A DNA stretch of 64,000 bases, taken from the NCBI GenBank assembly GCA_965200595.1, contig CBDAUE010000002.1, positions 258,896 through 322,895 on the forward strand, in the 5' to 3' direction. The translations under genes were made by a program, and so were the position numbers. This stretch comes from Thermodesulfobacteriota bacterium. GTDB taxonomy: Bacteria > Desulfobacterota_D > UBA1144 > Nemesobacterales > Nemesobacteraceae. Every line of letters starts with the position of its first letter. Position 1 is the stretch's first letter. Shown here one piece after another: positions 20,021-29,429 of this stretch. The notes beneath the pieces are model-generated. The model did no database searches. It was not told where the DNA came from and saw only the letters and a list, made by a program, of their open reading frames with translations.

Positions 20021-20955
20021 CAGAGTCTTTCGCTCAGATACCGTCTGCCCGAATCGGGAAGAATCGTCACGAGCACTCCCTCTTTAAGCCTTTTTGCGTA
20101 CTCAAGCGTTACGCACACTGCGGCTCCTCCCGAGTGACCCGCGAATATTCCCTCGGTATCCATAAGCCGCTCCATCATATTGTACGCTTTCTCAGTGGAG
20201 ATGAATATAACTTCGTCGGCAGCTTCCTCGTCGTATATTTCCGGAACTATTGATGTGGGCATATGCTTCATGCCTTCAAGCCCGTGAAGACTCTCTTCAG
20301 GCTGAATGGCGATTGTCTTTATGTCAGGATTGTATTCTTTAAGCCTTCTTCCCGTCCCCATGAAGGTTCCCGATGTGCCGAGTCCCGCAAGAAAATGGGT
20401 CACGCGGCCGTTTGTCTGTTCCCAGATCTCGGGTGCCGTGGTTTCGTAGTGAGCCAGCAGGTTGTTGATGTTGTTGTACTGGTCCGGCATGAAATATTTT
20501 TCGGGATTTTCCGCCTTGAGCCTCTGGGCCATTCTTATCGCTCCGTCCGAACCTTCAAGGGGGCTTGAGAAGATTATCTTCGCTCCGTACGCCTCGATCG
20601 CTTTTTTTCTCTCGGTGTTTACGTTCTGAGGCGTTACAATTTCAACTTCGTACCCGAGCGCGGCTCCGAGCATTGCGTAAGCGATCGCCGTATTGCCCGA
20701 AGAGGAATCCATAACGATCTTGTCTTTTGTAAGTTCTCCCGAGCGGATGGCCTCCTGGATCATTCTGCGGGCGGGACGGTCTTTTACAGAACCTCCGGGG
20801 TTAAACCACTCGGCCTTTGCGTAAATGCTGACTTCTGGGGAGCACTGCTTTGCCGTCTCGGAAAGTTCCAGAAGAGGGGTGTTGCCTATAAGGTCAGCCA
20901 CCGATTCGACTCTCAAGCCTCCGGCGGCGGAGGCTCCGGCTTCGGGTTTATACAT
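20014..20955 (-). CDS. cysM: Cysteine synthase (CysM/CysK family; PLP-dependent)
   Basis: …NPGGSVKDRPA… (PLP Lys), SSGNTAIAYA, glycine-rich GTSGTFMG; 313 aa. Confidence 0.9.
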   Translation of the reverse strand: MYKPEAGASAAGGLRVESVADLIGNTPLLELSETAKQCSPEVSIYAKAEWFNPGGSVKDRPARRMIQEAIRSGELTKDKIVMDSSSGNTAIAYAMLGAALGYEVEIVTPQNVNTERKKAIEAYGAKIIFSSPLEGSDGAIRMAQRLKAENPEKYFMPDQYNNINNLLAHYETTAPEIWEQTNGRVTHFLAGLGTSGTFMGTGRRLKEYNPDIKTIAIQPEESLHGLEGMKHMPTSIVPEIYDEEAADEVIFISTEKAYNMMERLMDTEGIFAGHSGGAAVCVTLEYAKRLKEGVLVTILPDSGRRYLSERLWW

Positions 20956-21251
20956 CAGCAGCGCTCGATGACTACCTTGTGGTAGCGGCCTTCTTCCTTC
21001 TTTACGGAGAGGACCCTGTGACCTTCCTGTTCCACGCTTCTCGGCAGATTGGAGAGAGGCTCTCCTTCGCAGAGCCTTACTTCAAGGACTTCCCCGCGCT
21101 TCATCTGTTCAAGCTTGAGCTTGGTTTTCACAAACGTCATCGGACAGATGTAGTCGGTTATGTCTATTTTTTCCTTGCTTTGCGTGTTGTCCATTTTAAA
21201 TTCTCGTGCGTGATTTCCGGTTAAGACTATCACAGTATGTGTTTTACTCAA
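20955..21251 (-). CDS. TusA-family (SirA/YedF/YeeD) sulfurtransferase-like small protein
   Basis: CPxP motif in …ITDYICPMTFVKTKLKLEQMKRGEVLEV…; the stop TGA overlaps the cysM ATG (TGATG); the actual start may be the internal Met (MDNTQ…). Confidence 0.7.
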   Translation of the reverse strand: MSKTHTVIVLTGNHAREFKMDNTQSKEKIDITDYICPMTFVKTKLKLEQMKRGEVLEVRLCEGEPLSNLPRSVEQEGHRVLSVKKEEGRYHKVVIERC

Positions 21252-21961
21252 ATGGCTTTACCGGTGCCATTTCGGGATTCTGTCCACGATATCGCGGATT
21301 CAAATATTTTTCTGCCGTCCTCCGAGCCCAAAATGCTCTCGAAACCGCGCTCGGGATGAGGCATCATGCCAAGCACGTTGCCTTGGCTGTTCGTGATTCC
21401 CGCTATGTTGTCCTCCGCACCGCTCGGGTTCGCTTCGGCGCTGAGTTCCCCCTGCTCCCCGCAGTAGCGCAGAACTGTTCTGCTTTGCAAGGTGTTGTCC
21501 CCGCCCGGGGGCAGAACGAAATTGCCCTGCGCGTTTGCGACCGGCAGTTTCAGCACTTCTCCTCTGCGCAGAAGACATGTAAAGGGCGTATCGGCATCCT
21601 CGACCTTTACGTTTGTCCATCTGCAGACGAATTTCAGCGAGGAGTTGTGGATGAATGCCCCGGGAAGAAGACCCGATTCAACAAGAATCTGAAACCCGTT
21701 GCATATTCCTATCACCGGGACTCCGTCTGCAGCAAGTTCCCTGAGGGGATTTATCACCCCGGAGAACTGCGATATGGCTCCCGCGCGAAGATAGTCTCCG
21801 TAGGAAAACCCCCCTGGTATCACTACGCAGTCGATTCCCTCAAGGGAAGTTTCCTCGTGCCATATAAGTTCGCAGGGTCGGCCCAGGATTTTTCTTATGG
21901 CGTGGTAGCAGTCGTGATCACAGTTAGACCCCGGAAAGAGCAGAACTCCGAAGCTTGTCAT
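21248..21961 (-). CDS. purQ: Phosphoribosylformylglycinamidine synthase subunit PurQ (glutaminase)
   Basis: MTSFGVLLFPGSNCDHDCYHA…GICNGFQIL…HPE; 237 aa. Confidence 0.93.
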   Translation of the reverse strand: MTSFGVLLFPGSNCDHDCYHAIRKILGRPCELIWHEETSLEGIDCVVIPGGFSYGDYLRAGAISQFSGVINPLRELAADGVPVIGICNGFQILVESGLLPGAFIHNSSLKFVCRWTNVKVEDADTPFTCLLRRGEVLKLPVANAQGNFVLPPGGDNTLQSRTVLRYCGEQGELSAEANPSGAEDNIAGITNSQGNVLGMMPHPERGFESILGSEDGRKIFESAISWTESRNGTGKAI

Positions 21962-21962
21962 C

Positions 21963-22217
21963 TTATATCTTCTCCACCTTTACTGAAGAGTCTTCAATCA
22001 CCGGGTTGGAGAGGAGCCTGCGGCACATCTCGTCCGCTTTGCGGCCTACCTCCTCGGCTGATTCGCCTTCCATGGTAAGTTCCACGATTTTCCCCACCCT
22101 CACGTCTGACACTTCGCTGAATCCGAGACCGCAAAGAGCGTTAAGCACAGCTTTGCCCTGGGGGTCAAGCACAACGGGCTTGAGTTTAACCTCTATTCTT
22201 ACAGAAAACTGTTTCAT
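21963..22217 (-). CDS. purS: Phosphoribosylformylglycinamidine synthase subunit PurS
   Basis: …VKLKPVVLDPQGKAVLNALCGLGFSEVSDVRVGKIVEL…; 84 aa. Confidence 0.92.
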   Translation of the reverse strand: MKQFSVRIEVKLKPVVLDPQGKAVLNALCGLGFSEVSDVRVGKIVELTMEGESAEEVGRKADEMCRRLLSNPVIEDSSVKVEKI

Positions 22218-22265
22218 CTGCTGTCTGCCTTCTCCGGAGCGGATCCCGCGGGATGCTTGCTGTTC

Positions 22266-23117
22266 TCAAGAAAGAAGCATGCCGACAATTCTTTCAAGCT
22301 CCTCGGAAGAATAATACTCTATTTCTATTTTACCTTTTGTGCTGTTGCGGCTTATTTTTACCTTGGTCAGGAATTTTTCGGCAAGCTCATCGGTGAGCTG
22401 GCTTGTGAAGATATCTTCTTTTGGCTCCTGCAGACCCGGTTTGTCGGCAGGTTTTACCTGTGCGCTCTTTTTTTTTACAAGCGCTTCTGTCTGCCTTACC
22501 GTAAGGTTTTTTTTCAGCACTTCGCCGAGCAGGGAATCCATTTCCTCCGGGGAGCGGGCTCCGAGAAGCGCTCTTGCGTGCCCCGCCGCTACGGCCCCCG
22601 AGACAAGTGCCTGCTTTGTTTTTTCCGAAAGCTTAAGAAGTCTCAGATGGTTTGTGATGACCGAGCGGTTTTTCCCCGTCCTTTTGGCTATCTCGGTATG
22701 GGTAAGCCCGAAGCGCTCCGCAAGCTTCTCATAAGCTTCGGCTTCTTCGATGGGATTTAAATCTTCTCTTTGTATGTTCTCTATTAAGGTGAGTTCCGCA
22801 ACGTCCTGATCCGAGGCTGTTATTATCACGACAGGCAGTTTTTCGAGTTCAGCCATCTTTGCCGCTCTGAACCTGCGTTCCCCGGCCACTATTTCAAAGC
22901 CGCCGTTTTCTTTGCGGACGACAAGCGGCTGTATTACTCCCTTCTCCCTTATGGAGTCTGCGAGTTCCTCAAGGGCTTTTTGATCGAACTGCTTTCTGGG
23001 CTGGGAGGGATTGGGCTTGAGCAGGTTTGCACTCACCATCTGGTGCCCAGTGGATTCAGTTTCCGGATTCTTCGGAATAAGGGAGTCAAGTCCTCTTCCC
23101 AGGGTTCGTTTTCTCAC
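22266..23117 (-). CDS. parB: Chromosome partitioning protein ParB (Spo0J)
   Basis: MRKRTLGRGLDSLIP…IQPLVVRK…GERRFRAAKMAEL… ParB box and HTH. Confidence 0.93.
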   Translation of the reverse strand: MRKRTLGRGLDSLIPKNPETESTGHQMVSANLLKPNPSQPRKQFDQKALEELADSIREKGVIQPLVVRKENGGFEIVAGERRFRAAKMAELEKLPVVIITASDQDVAELTLIENIQREDLNPIEEAEAYEKLAERFGLTHTEIAKRTGKNRSVITNHLRLLKLSEKTKQALVSGAVAAGHARALLGARSPEEMDSLLGEVLKKNLTVRQTEALVKKKSAQVKPADKPGLQEPKEDIFTSQLTDELAEKFLTKVKISRNSTKGKIEIEYYSSEELERIVGMLLS

Positions 23118-23907
23118 GCCAGCTGGCCTCCGCCGCTTTGTTTATTATCTCGTTTGCGAGTTTCATATAGTTTTGCGCTCCGCTCGACTTGATTTCGTAG
23201 AGCAGAAGCGGTTTTCCGTGGCTCGGCGCCTCGGCAAGCTTCACGTTTCTGGTTATTACGGTGTCGAAGGTCTTTTCTCCAAAGTGGCTCCTTACCTCCT
23301 CGGCCACTGAGTGACATATGTTATTACGGGAATCGAACATCGTCAAAAGATAACCTTCCACCTCAAGCGAAGGGTTGAGTCTCTGCTTTGCAAGGGATAT
23401 GGTCGTCTGCAGCTGTCCTATTCCTTCAAGCGCGTAATATTCGCACTGAACCGGTATGAGCACCCGGTCGGTTGCGGCAAGCGCGTTTATGGTGAGCAGG
23501 CTGAGAGAAGGCGGTGAGTCTATGAATATGTAGTCGTACCTGTCCCTTGCCTGATCGATGATTTTTTTGAGACGGTATTCCCTTTTTTCAGTTTCTATAA
23601 GGTGCATCTCCGCCCCGGTGAGTTCGTTGTTTGCCGGGCACAGGTGCAGATAGCCGTTTAGAAGCTCGGGGTAGACGTCAATTATCGTGTCCTCAAGCTT
23701 TGCCTCTCCGAGAATGACATTGCAGATGTTTTTCGAATTAACCGACTCCTTGTCAATCCCGAGTCCTCCTGTTGCGTTTCCCTGCGAGTCAAGGTCTATG
23801 AGAAGCGTGCGCAGGTTCGCCGCAGCCAGAGAGGCTGAGAGGTTTACCGCGGTCGTGGTTTTGCCGACTCCCCCCTTCTGATTTACCACGCATATTACTT
23901 TTGACAT
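23086..23907 (-). CDS. parA: Chromosome partitioning ATPase ParA (Soj)
   Basis: MSKVICVVNQKGGVGKTTTAVNLSASLA deviant Walker A; 273 aa. Confidence 0.95.
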   Translation of the reverse strand: MSKVICVVNQKGGVGKTTTAVNLSASLAAANLRTLLIDLDSQGNATGGLGIDKESVNSKNICNVILGEAKLEDTIIDVYPELLNGYLHLCPANNELTGAEMHLIETEKREYRLKKIIDQARDRYDYIFIDSPPSLSLLTINALAATDRVLIPVQCEYYALEGIGQLQTTISLAKQRLNPSLEVEGYLLTMFDSRNNICHSVAEEVRSHFGEKTFDTVITRNVKLAEAPSHGKPLLLYEIKSSGAQNYMKLANEIINKAAEASWREKTNPGKRT

Positions 23908-24003
23908 TTGGATATGAAAAAATGATAAACTTGCGGATGTTATCAGTCAAATAAGTCTTGGCAGAACACCGCCACGGGCAGGATTTTAAGGGAGAACCAA
24001 GTC

Positions 24004-24459
24004 TTGATAAACAGGATATGCATTGTTTTTTCAACTTTTTTCGGGCTGGGGTTTGTCCCCGGAGCTCCGGGGACCGCGGGAACTCTTGCAGCGGTCGGGG
24101 TCGTGTATCTGCTGGCCCAGGCAGGTGGCGCGGTTTTTTATTCGGTGTTCACGCTGGGGCTGATTCTCGTCTCCTTTGCAGCCGCCGGCCGCTGCGTGCC
24201 GGTACTTAAAAGAGAAGATCCGCCGCAGGTCGTAATTGATGAAGTGTGCGGATTTTTGGTGTGCATGCTTTTTATCGCTCCGAGCACCTTTAATCTTGCG
24301 GTCGGTTTTTTCCTGTTCAGGTTCTTCGATATAGCAAAGCCGTTTCCCGTACGAAGATTTGAGAAGCTTCCCGGGGGGTATGGAATAGTGATGGATGACG
24401 TTGCGGCCGGGGTGTGCGGCAACCTGTGCCTTCAGGCGATTATCTTCCTTTCCAGTTAG
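24004..24459 (+). CDS. pgpA: Phosphatidylglycerophosphatase A (PgpA)
   Basis: …FFGLGFVPGAPGTAGTL…DEVCGFLV…DIAKPFPVRRFEKLPGGYGIVMDD…. Confidence 0.85.
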   Translation: MINRICIVFSTFFGLGFVPGAPGTAGTLAAVGVVYLLAQAGGAVFYSVFTLGLILVSFAAAGRCVPVLKREDPPQVVIDEVCGFLVCMLFIAPSTFNLAVGFFLFRFFDIAKPFPVRRFEKLPGGYGIVMDDVAAGVCGNLCLQAIIFLSS

Positions 24460-24471
24460 AATTGCAGGGCG

Positions 24472-25716
24472 ATGTGCGTTGAAATAATCACGACCGGAAA
24501 CGAGATAATGAGCGGTCTTACGCGCGACACCAACTTTGCCTGGATAGCCGCACAACTGTCCTCATCCGGCATTGAAGTCAGACATCACTGCGCGGTTGCC
24601 GATAATCTTGAGGATCTTCTTGCCGCTTTTGCCGCGGCCTCGAAAAGATCCAGATTCGTCGTGGTCACAGGAGGGCTCGGCCCCACAGAGGACGACCTCA
24701 GCGCGCTTGCCGCCTCGAAGTTTCTCGGAACTCCCCTTGTTTTCAATCAGGCCGTGTACGAGGACATTGCCCTTAAGCTTAGAGAGAGGGGAAGAGAGCC
24801 CAACGCCCGTCATGAAAAACAGGCCATGCTTCCTGAAAAAACGACTATTATCGATAACCCCGTCGGTACGGCCTCTGGCTTCAGCCTTGTTTCCGGCAAC
24901 TCGAAATTCTATTTTCTTCCGGGCGTTCCGAGGGAATTCAGACGTATGTTCTCAGAACATGTTTTCCCTGATATAAGCGGGGTTGCGCAAAAGGGGAACA
25001 TCCTGCGCGTAAGGGTGGCAAGAACGTTCGAGCTGGGTGAATCCGAGGTGGCGGAGAAACTGGCGGGATTCTCCCCCGAAGGGGTGGATGTCGGATACAG
25101 AATCCGCCTGCCTGAAATTCACCTTCGGCTTACGGCCTCGGGCCGTGACGGCGAGCTGCTCGATTCGCTGCTGGGCGACGCCTGCGCTCAGGCGAAACAA
25201 AGACTCGGGGACTTTCTTTTCTCCCTGGAGGACGAAACCATAGAACAGGTGACCGCGTCCTTGCTGATTAAAAAAGACCTGACCCTCTCTGTCGCAGAAT
25301 CCTGCACGGGCGGGCTGTGCTCAAGCCGGCTTACTGACATTCCCGGAAGTTCGGCTTATTTTCTGGGAGGAGCTGTGGCCTACAGCAACGATTCGAAGGA
25401 AAAATTTCTCGGGGTGGCTTCTGATACGCTCGCACGCTTCGGCGCTGTGAGCGAAGAGGCGGTTTCTGAGATGGCCCGCGCGGCAAGAGAACTTTTCGGA
25501 ACGGACATAGGGATTTCCATATCCGGGATTGCGGGTCCGGGAGGCGGAACCGCTGACAAGCCCGTGGGTACGGTTTGGTTCGGATTCAGTCATGCTTCCT
25601 CGGGCACTTTGTGCGAGAGACGGAATTTTACCGGAACGAGGGATGAGATAAAAAGTTTTGCTGCTTCAACAGCAATAGATATGGTTAGAAAGTTCTGTCT
25701 TGATTATGTAGCATAG
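24472..25716 (+). CDS. cinA: CinA (competence/damage-inducible protein; MoCF-binding domain plus NMN deamidase PncC domain)
   Basis: MCVEIITTGNEIMSG…; C-terminal CinA_C (…AESCTGGL…); directly upstream of recA. Confidence 0.88.
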   Translation: MCVEIITTGNEIMSGLTRDTNFAWIAAQLSSSGIEVRHHCAVADNLEDLLAAFAAASKRSRFVVVTGGLGPTEDDLSALAASKFLGTPLVFNQAVYEDIALKLRERGREPNARHEKQAMLPEKTTIIDNPVGTASGFSLVSGNSKFYFLPGVPREFRRMFSEHVFPDISGVAQKGNILRVRVARTFELGESEVAEKLAGFSPEGVDVGYRIRLPEIHLRLTASGRDGELLDSLLGDACAQAKQRLGDFLFSLEDETIEQVTASLLIKKDLTLSVAESCTGGLCSSRLTDIPGSSAYFLGGAVAYSNDSKEKFLGVASDTLARFGAVSEEAVSEMARAARELFGTDIGISISGIAGPGGGTADKPVGTVWFGFSHASSGTLCERRNFTGTRDEIKSFAASTAIDMVRKFCLDYVA

Positions 25717-25759
25717 TGGCTTTAAGAACCCCGAAAGTTCAAACGGAGATTAAGACGAA

Positions 25760-26779
25760 ATGAGCGATGCGAGCGAGAAAAACAAGAACATAGACGTAGC
25801 AATCAGCACCATAGAGAAGCAGTTCGGAAAGGGTTCCATAATGAGACTTGGAGAAGACGCTTCCCTCTCGGACATTCCGGTTATCACATCGGGTTCCCTA
25901 GGGCTTGACATAGCTCTCGGAGTCGGGGGTTTTCCCAGGGGGAGAATCGTCGAGGTTTACGGCCCGGAGGCTTCCGGCAAGACCACCATAGCGCTCCACG
26001 CAATCGCCGAAGCCCAGAAGGCCGGCGGAATAACCGCGTTTGTGGATGCCGAGCACGCTCTTTCGACAAGCTATGCGTCAGCTCTTGGTATCAAAGTTGA
26101 GGATCTTCTTATTTCGCAGCCCGATTTCGGAGAGCAGGCCCTTGAAATCGTCGACACCCTCATAAGAAGCAATGCGGTTGACCTCATAGTTGTTGACTCT
26201 GTTGCGGCCCTTACCCCTCGCGCGGAAATCGAGGGAGAGATGGGAGACACTCACGTGGGTCTTCAGGCAAGACTTATGTCGCAGGCGCTTCGCAAGATAA
26301 CGGCCAACGTGAGCCGATCGAAAACCATAGTTATTTTCGTTAACCAGCTTCGCATGAAAATCGGGGTTCCGGCGTACATGAACCCCGAGACGACCACCGG
26401 TGGCAACGCTCTTCGGTTCTATTCATCTGTGAGGGTTGAGATAAGGCGCATCGGATCTCTTAAGGACGGGGACCGTATAATAGGCAACAGGGTGAGGGCG
26501 AAGCTTGTCAAGAACAAGGTTGCTCCGCCTTTTAGGGAAGCGGAATTCGAAGTGGTTTTCGGAAGGGGAATATCAAAGCTCGGGGAGCTTGTGGACCTGG
26601 GAACCAGGTTCAACGTGGTGAAGAAAAGCGGCACCTGGTATTCCTATGAAGGGGAGAGAATAGGACAGGGAAGGGAGAATTCCAAAAAGTTCCTCCACGA
26701 AAATACGGAGATCCGCGAAAAAATAAGAGATGGAATCATAAAAGCCTCGGGGATAGGCTCTTCTGAGGAAGAGGAATAA
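25760..26779 (+). CDS. recA: Recombinase RecA
   Basis: …[12 protein letters not shown]… Walker A; 339 aa; canonical RecA over its full length. Confidence 0.98.
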   Translation: MSDASEKNKNIDVAISTIEKQFGKGSIMRLGEDASLSDIPVITSGSLGLDIALGVGGFPRGRIVEVYGPEASGKTTIALHAIAEAQKAGGITAFVDAEHALSTSYASALGIKVEDLLISQPDFGEQALEIVDTLIRSNAVDLIVVDSVAALTPRAEIEGEMGDTHVGLQARLMSQALRKITANVSRSKTIVIFVNQLRMKIGVPAYMNPETTTGGNALRFYSSVRVEIRRIGSLKDGDRIIGNRVRAKLVKNKVAPPFREAEFEVVFGRGISKLGELVDLGTRFNVVKKSGTWYSYEGERIGQGRENSKKFLHENTEIREKIRDGIIKASGIGSSEEEE

Positions 26780-26824
26780 TCGCAGACCTTCCTTTAATGT
26801 TTTGTTTCCGGCTGAGAAATACAT

Positions 26825-27511
26825 ATGAAAATTCTGGGAATCGAAACGTCTACTTTTTCGGGAAGCGTGTCGCTATCCGATGACGACACCCTTCTTTGCG
26901 AATACGTTTTTAACACCGGTCCGAGACACAACGAGGTGCTTGTTCCCACGATAAAGAGGCTTCTTTCGGATTGCGGGCTCGAAAAAAATGATCTGGAAGC
27001 GGTATGCGTGTCAGTGGGTCCGGGGTCGTTCACCTCTCTTCGCATAGGGGTCTCAACGGCAAAAGCCATCTGCTATTCGCTGGGAGCGGACCTTGCGGGA
27101 GTTCCGTCCCTTGAGATTCTCGCATCAAACGCGCTTTGGTGCGGAGACGATGTGTGCGCCTTAACTGATGCCGGCAGGGGAGAGGTTTTCTTTTCTTTTT
27201 ATAATTCTGAGAGCCGGGAAATGGCTCCCGCGCAGATCGCCACGCCGGAGTCTGTGTGCGCAGGGGTCAGAAAAAAGACTGTTTTTGTGGGAAGCGGGGC
27301 CCTGCTTCACGCAGATCTTATAAGGGATTCGGTCGGAGAGGCCGCCGTGCTGCTGCCTGCGAATCTTAACACCCCGAGGGCTGCCGGCTGTGCGCTTCTG
27401 GGAAAAAAGAAGATTCTCTCAGGGCAAAAGGATGATCCGTACACTCTTACTCCCTTCTATCTTCGCCGCTCCGCCGCGGAAAGCAAAGCCGCATCTGCTG
27501 ACAGAAGGTGA
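26825..27511 (+). CDS. tsaB: tRNA threonylcarbamoyladenosine biosynthesis protein TsaB (YeaZ)
   Basis: MKILGIETSTFSGSVSL…; 228 aa; inactive Kae1/TsaD-paralogue fold. Confidence 0.82.
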   Translation: MKILGIETSTFSGSVSLSDDDTLLCEYVFNTGPRHNEVLVPTIKRLLSDCGLEKNDLEAVCVSVGPGSFTSLRIGVSTAKAICYSLGADLAGVPSLEILASNALWCGDDVCALTDAGRGEVFFSFYNSESREMAPAQIATPESVCAGVRKKTVFVGSGALLHADLIRDSVGEAAVLLPANLNTPRAAGCALLGKKKILSGQKDDPYTLTPFYLRRSAAESKAASADRR

Positions 27512-27619
27512 AAATCTTTTTTCCTGCTGACCTTGAAGTTGCCTGTGCGCAGTGATAGATTAAGCGAGCGGGGTTGTGTGTATTCCGCGTTTAAAAAAAA
27601 TTTAGGGAGACATAGTGAA

Positions 27620-29332
27620 ATGGCCAAGATGCTCGGCGCGCAGATGTTCTTTGAGACGCTTCTTCACCAGGGTATTGACGTAGTCTTCGGACTGCCGGGA
27701 GGTTACGTTCTCAAGGTCTATGACGTGATGACCGATTATACCGACAGGATAAATCACGTGATGGTGAGGCATGAGCAGGGAGCCGCGCATATGGCCGACG
27801 GTTACGCAAGGGCCTCGGGAAAACCGGGAGTGGTGCTCTGCACCTCGGGTCCTGCGGCAACCAACACCGTTACAGGCATCGCGACGGCACAGATGGACTC
27901 TTCTCCCATAGTTATTTTTACGGGGCAGGTGCCTACGCAGTACCTTGGAAGCGATGCATTCCAGGAAGCCGACCATATCGGCATAACAAGACCCTGCACA
28001 AAGCATAACTACCTTGTGCGGGAGCCCCGGGATCTTCCAAGAGCCATGAAGGAAGCTTTCCACATAGCCGGCACCGGAAGACCCAGTCCTGTTCTGGTCG
28101 ATATGCCCAAGGACGTTCTCATAGGAGAGGACGAGCTTGTGATTCCAGAGGATCACGAAATAAACATAAAAGGCTACAAGCCCAATACCAGGGGAAATCC
28201 TTCGCAGATAAAAAGAGCTGTGGAAATGCTGCTTGCCTCAAAACGCCCCGTTATTTATTCCGGAGGAGGGGTTATCTGGTCCGGTGCCACCGATGATCTG
28301 CTTGAGCTTTGCCACCGGCTTCAGATCCCTGTGGCTTCAACGCTTATGGGCCTTGGAGGCTATCCGGCAAGCGACCCGCTTTTCATAAGCATGCTGGGGA
28401 TGCACGGTTCCTACGCGGCCAACATGGCCGTTACCGAATCGGACCTGGTTATCTCAATCGGCGGGCGGTTTGATGACAGGGCTACCGGAGGGAATTTCGA
28501 TGAGTTCGCCCCCAACGCCCAGATTATCCATATAGACATAGACCCCTCGTCGATAGACAAGAACATACATGTTGACTGTCCTATAGTGGGGGATGCCAAA
28601 GTCGTGCTGCGCCAGATACTGGATGCTCTGCCCGGGGAGATTGACCTTGAGGGAAGGGAATCCTGGCTGCGGCTGATACGGGACTGGGCCGAGAAATATC
28701 CGCTTACCTATTGCCAGGGAAGCGAGAAGATTCTTACGACCTATGCCATAGACATGCTTTACAAGATCACCAAAGGAAATGCCATAATAGTTTCCGACGT
28801 GGGTCAGCACCAGATGTGGGTAGCCCAGTTCTACAAGTTTGAAAGGCCGAGAACCCATCTTACCTCCGGGGGACTGGGAACCATGGGATTCAGTTTCCCC
28901 GCGGCTATGGGAGCCAAATACGCTAGACCTGACGAGCAGGTTATATGCGTTGCCGGCGACGGAAGCTTCCAGATGAATTTCCAGGAGCTTGCCACCGCGG
29001 TTGAAAACAACATGGATCTTAAAATTATTGTTTTCAACAACGGTCATCACGGAATGGTGAGGCAGTGGCAGACGATGTTTTTTGAGGGCAATTACTCATC
29101 ATCCCGGTTTGAGGTTCTGCCGGATTTTGTTAAGCTCGCAGAAGCGTTCGGCGCCCGCGGCCTTCGCGCTGTGAGGCCCGAGGAGCTTGAGCCCACCCTA
29201 AAAGAGGGCCTCAACACTCCGGGAGTTGTCCTGATGGAGATAGAAGTCGACTGTACGGAGATGGTGTATCCGATGATAGCCCCCGGCGCATCGATGGACA
29301 ACATGATAATGATGCCCGCGGATCTTGCCTGA
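27620..29332 (+). CDS. ilvB: Acetolactate synthase large subunit (ThDP-dependent; IlvB/IlvG/IlvI family)
   Basis: MAKMLGAQMFFETLLHQGIDVVFGLPGG…; ThDP motif GDGSFQMN…NN; SD GGGAGA before the ATG at 27620. No ilvN-like small subunit follows. Confidence 0.9.
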   Translation: MAKMLGAQMFFETLLHQGIDVVFGLPGGYVLKVYDVMTDYTDRINHVMVRHEQGAAHMADGYARASGKPGVVLCTSGPAATNTVTGIATAQMDSSPIVIFTGQVPTQYLGSDAFQEADHIGITRPCTKHNYLVREPRDLPRAMKEAFHIAGTGRPSPVLVDMPKDVLIGEDELVIPEDHEINIKGYKPNTRGNPSQIKRAVEMLLASKRPVIYSGGGVIWSGATDDLLELCHRLQIPVASTLMGLGGYPASDPLFISMLGMHGSYAANMAVTESDLVISIGGRFDDRATGGNFDEFAPNAQIIHIDIDPSSIDKNIHVDCPIVGDAKVVLRQILDALPGEIDLEGRESWLRLIRDWAEKYPLTYCQGSEKILTTYAIDMLYKITKGNAIIVSDVGQHQMWVAQFYKFERPRTHLTSGGLGTMGFSFPAAMGAKYARPDEQVICVAGDGSFQMNFQELATAVENNMDLKIIVFNNGHHGMVRQWQTMFFEGNYSSSRFEVLPDFVKLAEAFGARGLRAVRPEELEPTLKEGLNTPGVVLMEIEVDCTEMVYPMIAPGASMDNMIMMPADLA

Positions 29333-29429
29333 TTTAGCACGAGACGCCCCGGGCCGGACTCGGGGTTGTTTTCCCGTTTTCATATATAATTCTCCCCAAG
29401 ACTGCACGTCAGAGTCTTCCGGCACCGTT

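Noticed and set aside
21206-22078. 290-aa + strand ORF spanning purQ/purS antisense
   Set aside because: It overlaps two well-supported genes on the other strand and has no recognisable motif.
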